IMG/VR virus record: IMGVR_UViG_3300035520_000885
Coordinates: 1 to 64,000 of that record
DNA length: 64,000 bases
Strand: one strand, 5' to 3'
Source: a virus
Taxonomy: Duplodnaviria > Caudoviricetes
Every line of letters begins with the position of its first letter. Within the stretch, counting starts at the first letter, position 1. The notes under the pieces were generated by a model. It saw only the letters and a list, made by a program, of their open reading frames with translations. It ran no database searches and was not told where the DNA came from. A program made the position numbers and the translations under genes. Positions 50,316 through 60,087 of this stretch are shown here, piece after piece.

Positions 50316-52916
50316 TCATTTTACCATGATTCTGATATAGTTGGCTAGCCTATTATCTGCATCCGTATTATTTTTTGTATCAATAATATCTACTGGGTAC
50401 ATATTAAACATGTTATTGTGACTGATGACGAAGATTTGTTCTCCGTCTATCATATTCATCTGTTTCTCGAGTATCTGTAAGAACTTCTCTCGATTAGATG
50501 TATCCAAAGTAGAATCAATCTCATCTAACAACATGATGTTGTACTTGGAGATGGATTGATATATGAGGGCAAAAGAAAATGCTAAGGATATAAAACTTCT
50601 TTCTCCCTGGGATGCATAACAGACATCTCCAATTTCTGTTCCTTTCGTAGTATAAGGAATCTTGAACTCATCAGCAGTGATATTGAAATTCTCTATATAG
50701 AGTTCATCATCATAGACAATTTCCAGCAACTCATTTGTGATTTCCTGGATACTTTTTAGATATATCTGAATATAGAGAAGAGGAATTCCTTCCTTAGCAG
50801 ATAAAGCATTCTTGACAAGTTCCATCTCATCATATTTTGTATTATATGCTGAGAGGTCTTCATTAAACGATAAGTAAGACTTGATTCTATACTCAGTATC
50901 ATTAAACTCTTTCAACGCTTTTTCATACTCATATTTCAATCGGTCGTACTGCTGGAGGAGGTCTTTCTTTTTTCGAAAAAAATCGGTTAATTCATCATAA
51001 CTATCCTGGAGTTTCTCTACCTCCAGAACAAGTTTTTCTCTAGATTCTAATGCTTCAATAAATTCCTTATGGAATTCAATATCTTCAATGGTATCCTTTC
51101 TATCGGATTCCAGAGTCTCTATCTCTTCGTTGATCTTTGTGAGAGAATCGGCAGTTTTCTCTAATTCATCAGAGATATCTCCAATCTTATTAGAAAGATA
51201 CTCAGAATTTCCAATAGATAGTTTCGTAAGTTTCAACTTCTCTTTCAGTCTATCCAATTCTGCTAAATCCGTTTGCTGCAAATCATATTCTGTGGCAATC
51301 GTTAATAGAGAATAGATAGCTTGCTTATTGTAGATGGGTTTCATATCCACAATATTATCCATGAAAGTCTGAAGAATGAAATCTTTCTGAATATCTGTGG
51401 GAAGCTTCTCTAAAGTAGATTTGCAATCTCTCAGATTCTTCAGAAGCCCCATGATAGTCTGATGAGACATTTTCACATAGGTGACGAATGCTTCATCCTC
51501 AATGACGACATCCGGTTCCTCTGTGACCAAATCAAATAGAGTATTATAGAAATCCTTGATATCACAAGCATCAGTGCATTTTGTTTTAACAGGCCCGATT
51601 TTCTTAAGGATATACTGATACACAACTTCGGCAGCATTCTGAAATTTGCTTTTTTCAGACTTCTGCTTATTACTGGTCACATACTCAGAAATATCCGTAT
51701 TGCTCAGAATATAACTAGCAGCTTTCTTGATGGGTTCTTTTCCAAATTCATACATGGTAAGAACCATCTCAGAGCACTTATCCAGCATGACGATTAAGTC
51801 TTCCAATTCTTCCTTGGATACTTTGTTATCATACTTAGATAAAGAGCACTCTGTATCACGCTTCTGAATCTTTGCACGAAGCTCAGAAATCATATATTCA
51901 AGATTCTTAACGTCAGCAGATTCAGCTATCTTGTCAAGTTCATCTTTAATCTCATTAGAATCACAGATGAGCTTATCGTATACATCAAGAAGTTCTTTTC
52001 TTTTCTCTCTACTATGAGCGATATCAGATTCAATCTGTACTAGATTCTTCTCCAGTTCAGTAGATTCTTCTCTCATTTCTTCCAGAGATTTAGAATCTAG
52101 CTTTCCTTTCTGGACAAGTTTCTCCGCTTTCACACATTCTTTTTTCTTGATATCCAGGTTTTCCTTTACCTCAAGAATAGAATCGTACTTGGAAATCTCA
52201 TACTCAATCACATCAAGTTGACTCTTCATAGAGTCTAGAGCAGACTTCAATGTCTCAATCTGTTTCTGTCTCTCTTTTTGAGATTTCTTAGCCTCATCTA
52301 TGTCTCCAATAGAAAGCTTTGTAATCTTATCTACAGTATGAGAGATGACAGATTTGACTTCTCTCATATCTGCAACGATTTTCTTATAGTATTTCAGATA
52401 GATATCTACTTCATCAAGAATCTTTCCCATGAAGGATTTTCTGTCCGTAGTCTTGAGGTCAATGAAGTTTGTTACATTACTCCCAAGCCTAGTAAGCTTC
52501 AGATAATCCATCTCAATTCCAAGTTCTTCATGGATAATATCCTTGAAGGACTTCACATTTCCATTCACATTCAACTCATTCCCGTTTTTCTCTATATAGG
52601 ATTTTACGGTATGACTGTCCTTAGATGCAGTATAGAAATGCTTGATGACGTATTCGTCTCCATCATCTTCGATACGGATTTCTTTATATCCATCCTCCCC
52701 GCTTACGATAAGAGGATTTTCGCTTCTTACATCCAGATTACCATTTGTAGCAAACGGATGCATACAACTAAGAATACTGGTTTTTCCACTTCCATTTGGC
52801 CCAGTAATCAGTATAATCTTATTTTTACATTTCGTGAGATCAATACTAATCTCATCGCTATGATACGCAGTTTTGATATTTGCGAAGTTTCTTAATAGGA
52901 TATATGTAATTTTCAT
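50316..52916 (-). CDS. sbcC: SbcC/Rad50-like SMC ATPase
   Basis: Walker A 'GPNGSGKT', long coiled coil, signature 'ASQGE', Walker B 'LLDEID', 'ISH'. Confidence 0.88.
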   Translation of the reverse strand: MKITYILLRNFANIKTAYHSDEISIDLTKCKNKIILITGPNGSGKTSILSCMHPFATNGNLDVRSENPLIVSGEDGYKEIRIEDDGDEYVIKHFYTASKDSHTVKSYIEKNGNELNVNGNVKSFKDIIHEELGIEMDYLKLTRLGSNVTNFIDLKTTDRKSFMGKILDEVDIYLKYYKKIVADMREVKSVISHTVDKITKLSIGDIDEAKKSQKERQKQIETLKSALDSMKSQLDVIEYEISKYDSILEVKENLDIKKKECVKAEKLVQKGKLDSKSLEEMREESTELEKNLVQIESDIAHSREKRKELLDVYDKLICDSNEIKDELDKIAESADVKNLEYMISELRAKIQKRDTECSLSKYDNKVSKEELEDLIVMLDKCSEMVLTMYEFGKEPIKKAASYILSNTDISEYVTSNKQKSEKSKFQNAAEVVYQYILKKIGPVKTKCTDACDIKDFYNTLFDLVTEEPDVVIEDEAFVTYVKMSHQTIMGLLKNLRDCKSTLEKLPTDIQKDFILQTFMDNIVDMKPIYNKQAIYSLLTIATEYDLQQTDLAELDRLKEKLKLTKLSIGNSEYLSNKIGDISDELEKTADSLTKINEEIETLESDRKDTIEDIEFHKEFIEALESREKLVLEVEKLQDSYDELTDFFRKKKDLLQQYDRLKYEYEKALKEFNDTEYRIKSYLSFNEDLSAYNTKYDEMELVKNALSAKEGIPLLYIQIYLKSIQEITNELLEIVYDDELYIENFNITADEFKIPYTTKGTEIGDVCYASQGERSFISLAFSFALIYQSISKYNIMLLDEIDSTLDTSNREKFLQILEKQMNMIDGEQIFVISHNNMFNMYPVDIIDTKNNTDADNRLANYIRIMVK

Positions 52917-53003
52917 TCAAATACCTACTTTCTTCTCATATAAGAAACGGTCATCTGAAATATGAAAAAGGTGAGTTTGAATAATTTTCTACAACATAAG
53001 TTT

Positions 53004-53328
53004 AATCATTCATCTATGATTTCCCAGGTGGGAGCACTATGTTTATGCTATCAGCATGCCTGTCATGCATAAACTGAGCAGGCTTCTTCGGTGTTGTAGA
53101 GCTTTTTTGCATTTGTTTCCTTCACAGAGATAGATTGCATCTCGTTCACGCGTCTATGGATAACTCCTCCTATATGATATGTTTGGGTGCACGTTACAAT
53201 TTCTGCGGGGCATGCTGATCCGCTAGGGTAGCGGGGCCCTGGCAACCTGCTCAGTTTGACAGGAATCGCATCGAAAGATGCGTGTTAAATAAAGAAGTGG
53301 ATACAGTTGATTCTGTATCCACTTCTTA
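53004..53328 (+). ncRNA. Candidate structured non-coding RNA, family unknown
   Basis: Late promoter motif at 52993-53004, several long perfect helices, terminator at 53292-53328, and no credible + strand ORF. Confidence 0.5.
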
Positions 53329-53337
53329 AGACCCATT

Positions 53338-54603
53338 TTACTTGAGTTTGTAAATATCCTTAACGAGATTATTGACGTAATCGACATTAATCATGATAAG
53401 GATTTTATAAGTGTAGTACACATCACAATTGTGGAACTGCAATGTGTAATCATCAAAGTTGATGGTATAGTCCTTCCCATATTCAAGAAGTTTTCCTTGT
53501 TTCCTTACTCTAATTCTAAAGAAGTCCATCAAGGTGATTCCTCTATCTGTATGGAATTTGATTGCAGCTTTGATGCTATTACTCAGTAAGCTATCAATAG
53601 ATACTGAGTCATTTTTTGTCTCCAATCTGCAAGATGGAGAAGCATAAAGTTGCCAGCCCATGGGAAGGTCAATATCATCCTTAGTCAATACGTCTGTGAA
53701 GATAGGAATGATATTGGAATCGTTAGAGTTATCAATTGTGATAACCGTTGGATTCACTAAAGCGTCGGAGAACAGATAATAGAAACCAGTAGAGTAGAAC
53801 TCACATCTCACATTGAAAGAAATACTATACCGCTCAGAAATCTGTCCAACCTGAGACCCTTCATCAGGACTAAAGTTCGTGATGATAGTGTCGATATTCA
53901 CAGGATAGTACCGATAGTATTCATCGGAATTTGTGCTACCTTGAAGCTTATAAGTGATAGGGAAAGCAGAGTTAGAGTTCAGGTATTTCAGAAATTCCCT
54001 GTTGCTTCCATTCTCATCATACATAGGAATCCCTACGATTTTAGAAAGTTGCTCAAGGAGTTTCGGGGAAATGTAACTCTCCAGACATGTCTGAAGGAAG
54101 AATGGAATCTCCTGTCTGACGGCATTCCTGAAATAGTTGGCCCAGTTAATCTGCTGAATCATAGTCTGGAAAATCAATACAACATCGAAATTCATGACAT
54201 GTCGATTCATCTGATACTTGATGGCTACCTTTCTTCCTCTGTCCATAAAAAAATCTTGCAGATTCGTTCCTGCATATTTTGAATACAGGTCTCCCTGTCT
54301 TTCAATCAGCATCGTTCCATTTAAGAACTTAGATGTATCCGTCCAGTCGATTTTAGGACGGATGATAAACATAGGAGGAGCTTTCTTCAGAAACTCCTTT
54401 GGTGTACTCCGCATTTGAGAATGTGAAATCTTAGAATTCACATGGATGGTACGGAATAAATCTTTCGGAAATAGATTCAGTAACCAGTTCTGAATGAATG
54501 CCGTCACATTTCCAAATGTATGAGCCGTAGAGCACTGGCACTGTATATAATGTACAGGGTGACCCTCAAAGAATTCTTTTTTAAAATCCTCCATGATTTT
54601 CAC
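53338..54603 (-). CDS. Putative virion structural protein
   Basis: 421-aa ORF with late promoter motif at 54620-54631. Confidence 0.5.
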   Translation of the reverse strand: MKIMEDFKKEFFEGHPVHYIQCQCSTAHTFGNVTAFIQNWLLNLFPKDLFRTIHVNSKISHSQMRSTPKEFLKKAPPMFIIRPKIDWTDTSKFLNGTMLIERQGDLYSKYAGTNLQDFFMDRGRKVAIKYQMNRHVMNFDVVLIFQTMIQQINWANYFRNAVRQEIPFFLQTCLESYISPKLLEQLSKIVGIPMYDENGSNREFLKYLNSNSAFPITYKLQGSTNSDEYYRYYPVNIDTIITNFSPDEGSQVGQISERYSISFNVRCEFYSTGFYYLFSDALVNPTVITIDNSNDSNIIPIFTDVLTKDDIDLPMGWQLYASPSCRLETKNDSVSIDSLLSNSIKAAIKFHTDRGITLMDFFRIRVRKQGKLLEYGKDYTINFDDYTLQFHNCDVYYTYKILIMINVDYVNNLVKDIYKLK

Positions 54604-54830
54604 TCCTTTCTTTATTGCTTAATACAATGTTTTCTAGGCAATTTCTTGATTCCGTTCTATAAGTGAAGCATATATTATAATACTAAGACATAGAAAGATA
54701 TTCGAATAGATTTTCTAAAAGGAGATGATGACTATGTGGATGCGTGGGCCGTAGGTCTCTCCGCACATAAATACATACGGGGTGTACGTATGTATGTTTT
54801 TTGTTTTGGATATGAACAAATACGGGAGAG

Positions 54831-55211
54831 TTGCAATTTGCTATGAGGGACATCACTTTAAATGACGTACAGCTTGCCATGAATAACGGTGGCAAGAGCG
54901 CAAAATTTCTTTTGGAAGCCCTGACAACTTTGGACGCATGGGATCTGCCTATTATGGCGGGAGAAAAGAGTAATGAAACGGAAAAAATATGTGAAATATC
55001 GACAATGAATTCCCCACTTGTGGATGCAAGTGAGAACTTAAGGCGGGCTCTCGAAATGTTAGTCGAAGATGGGTTTGGAGATGAAGTCGTTTTCTTTACG
55101 GATGAAGACTTGACATTGAGTGAACCAATTCCATTCAAACAGCCGACAGTTCATACGTATAAGACGTATGATGGAAATCATATAATTTCTATGTCTTATT
55201 TGTCCATTTAG
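54831..55211 (+). CDS. Hypothetical protein
   Basis: 126-aa ORF followed by a terminator at about 55226-55268. Confidence 0.5.
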   Translation: MQFAMRDITLNDVQLAMNNGGKSAKFLLEALTTLDAWDLPIMAGEKSNETEKICEISTMNSPLVDASENLRRALEMLVEDGFGDEVVFFTDEDLTLSEPIPFKQPTVHTYKTYDGNHIISMSYLSI

Positions 55212-55274
55212 TGTAAGAGAGGGTAAGAAGAACGAGATACCAGCCAGTTGGTATCTCGTTCTTTTTTGTATTGA

Positions 55275-57689
55275 TTAAATCAACATGTCATCCACGTCGA
55301 TTTGTTTAGACGAAATATTAGAGGTGTGGAATTTCTTCATACCCAGTCTCAGAAGAGTAGTAGCAATCTTACTACAACCGAGACCAATATTCTGACGGTC
55401 AGTCATGTAATTCATTTCTCCAGCACAGATATTGCAAATCTTGTCTGTAGTGCAGTACATGGGAGATCTCAAATTTACATGCTTTCCAACGTATCTATCA
55501 ATTACATCAGGGGTGAGAAGTTTGGGCTTCCCACCTTCCATAATATAACGATAGAAATAGGATCTCTTATTTTTTTCAGTGATTAAGATATCCAGAGTCT
55601 TCTTGCATTGGCAATCCGTCCCATGGTCATCAATCACTTCAGTCTGCATAGCAGCCAATAGCTGCTTTGCAAGATATCCTGATTCTTGAGTTCCGCATTA
55701 CTTGTATTCATAATAGGTCGTTACTCTATTATCGCTTTATTCAAGCTGCTCTATATTACTATAGAGAGTAGACTATATCATCACTATACATCCTGTTACC
55801 AGACATATAATGCCATGCGCTTCGATTTAATGGATTTACTATAGACTAATCTCATCTATACACCAACCCAATCACTTGGCTCTACTCTACTTACTTCCTC
55901 ATATAGGTGTTTCTCCTATACTATGCTTTCGATAGTCGTTGAACGTCGATTAGAAATCATAATCTTTTGAGATATCCTTTCTTCTTCTATGAGTACGGAT
56001 ATCCTTAACCAATTCTCGTTTAACCCCAAACAATGCAGCAATCTCTGGGTCTTTATACTTCTTTAACTCAAGCATCTTACAAATCCCATGAATAGTGGAT
56101 AATGGAATGGTATTAGGAATTGAATTTCCAAGCTTCGGAAATTTGTATCTGGATGTAATGTGCTTCCAGCACTCACCAGAACGAATGTGTTGTATCGTCT
56201 TTTTTCCAATACCAAGTTTTTTGGAAATCTCTCCATTATTCATTTTCTTCATAATGCATTCGCAGATTTCAATAGCTTCCTTCTCACTAATTTTAGCAAG
56301 ATGCGCATTCTCTCCACGAATACCATCACAAAGACCTTCTCTCCAGGCGTGCTCTGTATTTTCTTTTCCTGTCACCCACTCAAGATTGAAAGCCGCGTTA
56401 TGATGTTTATTCCCATCTTTATGATTAGGAACTAAATCATCGAAGCGCTTTCCATCTTTTTTATGTCGTTTCGGAATCTCACAGAAGTACATAGCAACTA
56501 ACCTATGAATACTGAATTCTTTCTTCTCACCATTTATCTTCACATACCCTCTATAGTATATGAGATTTTGGCCAGAGAAATCATTTATTGTTTTCTTCTT
56601 GGTATTTTTAAGACGACCATGATTCGATATCTGATACTGAGTTCTACTTCCATCATCATTTAGGATCCATTTCCAAACCTCTTTGTACTGACTAAGCATT
56701 GTATTATAGATAGCGTCAGGTTGCTTTGAATTGAAGATAATTTCAAGGTTAAAAGATGTTTTAGGCATTTTGCAATACACTCCCTAATATAAGATTTAGT
56801 ATAATGTACTGCAAACATTATTTTAATAATTTCTAATCTTTCGCTGCTGATTGTCGACACTTGTCGATGTTCCAGCAATTCACATGGTTTAAAGGCTGCC
56901 ACAACTCAAAACAGCCTTCGGGTAAGCGCCTGATACCACAGCAGTACCGAAACTTGGGATGTCTTCTTTACGAATACCATCCATAAAGGAAGACCTCACG
57001 ATTTCGTACTCACCGCGGTTATTCATGGTAGCACCCTTAAATAAATTCATATTCTTGTAGTTACCGAAGTTACCACGAGCTTCTGAATTATATAGATCCA
57101 TACCAGGATCGCCCTTAAGAATCTCTTTTGCATCTGCAACAAGCTTCTTCTCAATCTTTTCAGAAGTAACAATGTCACCTGCATTGAGTTCTTTATCATA
57201 CTTCTTAAATAGCTCTTCCTTTTCTTTCTGTACAGATGGAGGAGTTTTAATTGTATTCATGGTGAAAGAAGTGGTTATGACAGAATTGAGCTGCATTCCC
57301 AGATTATCACGGTAGTCGATATATCTGAAGAACTGGTCAATCGTCATTTTATCTTCAATCAGTGCTTGTGTAAGTTTTCCTTCCAACTTACCATTTACAC
57401 TCTTCGTAATGGGTTCATTGACATAGCCCAAGACTTTCTGCAAGCCAACTCTTTCTACAATGTACTTATTATAGATGAATCTTCCTACAGTAGTTTCAGT
57501 CTCTTTATCAACGAAGTATTCTTTTGGAGTTAATACCATAGTATCAGTGGTGTTGAATCTACTTTTCTTAGTAGATTTCATATCTGCACCAATCTGAGTA
57601 GTATCTCCAAAGAGTCCAACTAAAGTGGAGAAAGATAAGTCTTCCGGTTTCAGAGAAAGCAAGTACTTCTTTTCAGAATCACTAATCAT
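55275..57689 (-). CDS. RNA polymerase beta' C-terminal fragment: complement(join(55275..55695,56911..57689)), 399 aa
   Basis: 'TTVGRFIYN', 'SEARGN', spliced bridge helix 'GAYPKAV|GTQESGYLAKQL' (RpoC TA.KTA.SGYLTRRL), 'DC', 'LRSPMYC...IC..CAG'. Confidence 0.88.
55696..56910 (-). mobile_element. Group I intron in the RNAP beta' gene
   Basis: P1 AAGGCUGU/GCAGCCUU, P10 uugaguu/aacucaa, core 'aattgctggaa', 'aatcagcagcgaa', 'ttcaacgacta', 'gatatagtct'; terminal G. Confidence 0.9.
55950..56768 (-). CDS. Intron-encoded NUMOD4-like/HNH homing endonuclease
   Basis: 'EVWK...YQISNHGR', 'IHRLVA', 'NHKDGNKHHN..FNLEWVT..EN..HA'; C-terminal repeats like the 39819 ORF. Confidence 0.9.
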   Translation of the reverse strand: MPKTSFNLEIIFNSKQPDAIYNTMLSQYKEVWKWILNDDGSRTQYQISNHGRLKNTKKKTINDFSGQNLIYYRGYVKINGEKKEFSIHRLVAMYFCEIPKRHKKDGKRFDDLVPNHKDGNKHHNAAFNLEWVTGKENTEHAWREGLCDGIRGENAHLAKISEKEAIEICECIMKKMNNGEISKKLGIGKKTIQHIRSGECWKHITSRYKFPKLGNSIPNTIPLSTIHGICKMLELKKYKDPEIAALFGVKRELVKDIRTHRRRKDISKDYDF

Positions 57690-57691
57690 AA

Positions 57692-58420
57692 TTACGCCTC
57701 CTCATCCAATGTCTTCTTCAACATCAGACCTCTCGTAACGAGGTCTGAATTTAACCCCATACCAAGTAGATAAGTATCTACTGTATTAAGAGTCGTTTTG
57801 TTAGAAGGATCGGATTCCATATCATCGAGAGAAACGAATCCCTTATTAGAAATCGCAGTATACATCTGCTGCTTCATAACAGGGTCATCGGCACGGGGAC
57901 CATTCAACTCCTTCAGCACATTCTCCATACCAAGAGAAATCAGCATAGAATTCTCCAGGTCAGATTCACGGCCATTCTTATCTGCACCAGTAACCTGACC
58001 AGTAAGAGAAGCTCGACTATTAATAGAAGTAGAAAGTCCATTCTTCTTCGCTAGAGTCTGTTGCGTTCTCTTCACATGACAATAACCAACAGGAATCGGT
58101 TCCTTAGATACCACAACGTGGTCTTTGTCCATTGTATAGTGCGGGAATGCGACTTTCTCCATGAGAGGAATTTTTAGTACCTTGGCTGCTCTCTCGATAT
58201 CTTCAATTTTCAAATCAATCTCATAATCACAGATATTGAGAGGAAGATATGAGGTTTCGCTCTTAAATAACTGAGAGAAGAATCTGTCAAATTGACTATC
58301 TGTCATGCTATCGAACATGGCTTTGTAATGCTCTGTATTCCTATGGGTAGGATCGAGAGCATCGAAAGTCTTATAGACAAGATCCTCCATTTTTTGCCGT
58401 TTTTGCGGTGTAATCGCCAT
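57692..58420 (-). CDS. RNA polymerase beta C-terminal fragment
   Basis: 'VGY', 'R..LTGQVTG..KNGRESDLE...L...G....LKEL...RADD' parallels RpoB 'QQPLGG...GQRFGEME...LQEMLT.KSDD'; late promoter at 58453-58464. Confidence 0.8.
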   Translation of the reverse strand: MAITPQKRQKMEDLVYKTFDALDPTHRNTEHYKAMFDSMTDSQFDRFFSQLFKSETSYLPLNICDYEIDLKIEDIERAAKVLKIPLMEKVAFPHYTMDKDHVVVSKEPIPVGYCHVKRTQQTLAKKNGLSTSINSRASLTGQVTGADKNGRESDLENSMLISLGMENVLKELNGPRADDPVMKQQMYTAISNKGFVSLDDMESDPSNKTTLNTVDTYLLGMGLNSDLVTRGLMLKKTLDEEA

Positions 58421-58508
58421 AAACAGTGTTCCTCCTTTCTCAGTATAGAACTTAATATTTTGTTTCCTATAGGGATTTCTATGAAATCCGTAAATTGGCT
58501 CAAAAATG

Positions 58509-58522
58509 GTGATATAATATAC
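58509..58522 (+). promoter_or_regulatory. Early / extended -10-type promoter GTGATATAATATAC
   Basis: Identical to the motif at 13263-13276 (-). Confidence 0.55.
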
Positions 58523-58630
58523 GGATAGAAATGAGAGAAATAAAACTACAATACTCTCGTTTCTATGTTCCTGGAAATTCTGGGTTAGCAGGTATCCTTA
58601 AAACAAAAACTGCATATGAAAGGAGTTCAC

Positions 58631-59104
58631 ATGAAAGCCACTTTTACCGAGCTGAAGAACATGGCCGTGAATGGATGCGAGAATGAGTTCTTGAATACAG
58701 ACGGCATCGTCGGAGGCGTCAAGCAGGGCGTCGCCGCCGGCACCGGCATCATTGCTGGATGTGCTGTCTGGAAAGAGACTAAGTTCTCGGATGCCGGCTT
58801 GATCGCAGCCACCGGTGTTGGCGTGGGCACCTATCGTGCCACCTCCATCGGTATCGACCTGGTAGGCAACCTCGCCAAGAACCTGGCTCTTAAAGCCAAG
58901 CTCAATGGGGTTACGCCGAGCGCCGCCTTTGAAGCGGTAAAATCGAAGATTCCCCATAAAGAATCTTCCGAAACGGTTGCCGCTGAGCCCGTGGCCACTG
59001 AGCCGGCCTCGACCTTTGATCCCAATGTGGCTGAAGATGCCACGTTCATCATTAGCGACGACCCGGTACCTGAAACTGACGCCGATGACGGCGACAACAT
59101 CTGA
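58631..59104 (+). CDS. Gly/Ala-rich putative membrane protein with acidic tail
   Basis: AAGGAG RBS; two GxxxG-rich hydrophobic segments. Confidence 0.65.
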   Translation: MKATFTELKNMAVNGCENEFLNTDGIVGGVKQGVAAGTGIIAGCAVWKETKFSDAGLIAATGVGVGTYRATSIGIDLVGNLAKNLALKAKLNGVTPSAAFEAVKSKIPHKESSETVAAEPVATEPASTFDPNVAEDATFIISDDPVPETDADDGDNI

Positions 59105-59119
59105 GAGGAGGAGAAAGCC

Positions 59120-59263
59120 ATGTTAATCAGAATGGGAAGCTATCAGAAGAGCGGGGGCTTGAATAAGCTCCTGGGCAGGTCTTCCAAAAAAATTAAGAAA
59201 GCCGCCAATAAGCGGCGTAAGGCTGGTGGATTTGTATTCACCGGCCTGAAGGGAGGTAAGTGA
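59120..59263 (+). CDS. 47-aa highly basic peptide (absent from the ORF track)
   Basis: GAGGAGGAG RBS; MLIRMGSYQKSGGLNKLLGRSSKKIKKAANKRRKAGGFVFTGLKGGK; fills the gap between its neighbours. Confidence 0.65.
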   Translation: MLIRMGSYQKSGGLNKLLGRSSKKIKKAANKRRKAGGFVFTGLKGGK

Positions 59264-59264
59264 T

Positions 59265-59522
59265 ATGGGAGTCAAGAAAGGCCTCGTAGGGATCGGCAAT
59301 ATTATCAACGGCACTGCCGTGTTGGCGGCGTCCGGAGCGACCGGCATCGTAACCGCCGCGTACGTCATCGACAATCCGGTGCTCGATGACTTTAACTCCA
59401 ATACCGGATTGGCCATCGGTGCTGGCGCTGTTGCTGGCGCCGGCACCAGTACTATGATTCTCGGAGTTGAGAATCTGGTGTTGAAAGGCATGAAAAAGAT
59501 TAAGGAGGTGGCGGAAGGATGA
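59265..59522 (+). CDS. Small Gly/Ala-rich hydrophobic protein
   Basis: GGAGG RBS; two glycine-zipper-like helices. Confidence 0.65.
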   Translation: MGVKKGLVGIGNIINGTAVLAASGATGIVTAAYVIDNPVLDDFNSNTGLAIGAGAVAGAGTSTMILGVENLVLKGMKKIKEVAEG

Positions 59523-59845
59523 ACGCCCAAGCCAGTTTCGAAAACGGGATTGCGACCGGTTCCGCTCTTGCGGTTGGCGTTGGTGGAGCCCTAATGTTGG
59601 CCCCTGCAACTGCCTGTCTGGCCGCCGCAGGCATCACGCTAATCGGCGTGAAGACTTTCTGCCGGATGTCCAACGTTACGGCAGAAGTCAGACACCTTCA
59701 GAAGAAGGTGAAGACCAAGAAGATATTAAAAACCGTCGAAGAGCTCACCGGCGAGGCTGAGGCTCAGATGACGGCTGAGAATATGGCCGCGACTGCTGCG
59801 GCTACAATGGGATCCGTGTTACCGAATATTCCGGATCCCGAATGA
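59519..59845 (+). CDS. Small Gly/Ala-rich hydrophobic protein
   Basis: AAGGAGG RBS, ATGA overlap, hydrophobic hairpin. Confidence 0.65.
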   Translation: MNAQASFENGIATGSALAVGVGGALMLAPATACLAAAGITLIGVKTFCRMSNVTAEVRHLQKKVKTKKILKTVEELTGEAEAQMTAENMAATAAATMGSVLPNIPDPE

Positions 59846-60011
59846 CGCCCGTACGGGCTGGGATGCAGTAAGCCTGCATGTGAAGGCCGAGCTGCTCATT
59901 AACTCACTCTTAATGAGACACCATCAGACGGCTGAGGCACAAACTAATAACTTGGTTGGCCGACCGAGGACTTAGCTGAGCTGGGTATACTCTACATCCC
60001 AGATTTCACAT

Positions 60012-60052
60012 ACCCCTCACTTATCTCTGTATAAGTGAGGGGTTCTTTTTTT
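60012..60052 (+). terminator. Intrinsic terminator
   Basis: acccctcacttat-ctctgt-ataagtgaggggt followed by a T run. Confidence 0.8.
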
Positions 60053-60087
60053 GTATTCTGACAATGTATTAAACTATTGAAAAGGAA

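Noticed and set aside
53004-53290. tmRNA, 6S RNA, RNase P or SAM riboswitch identity for the structured region
   Set aside because: No tRNA-like ends or ALAA-type tag, no continuous 6S-like rod, no RNase P P4 motif, and only a short ggcaacc resemblance to SAM-I.
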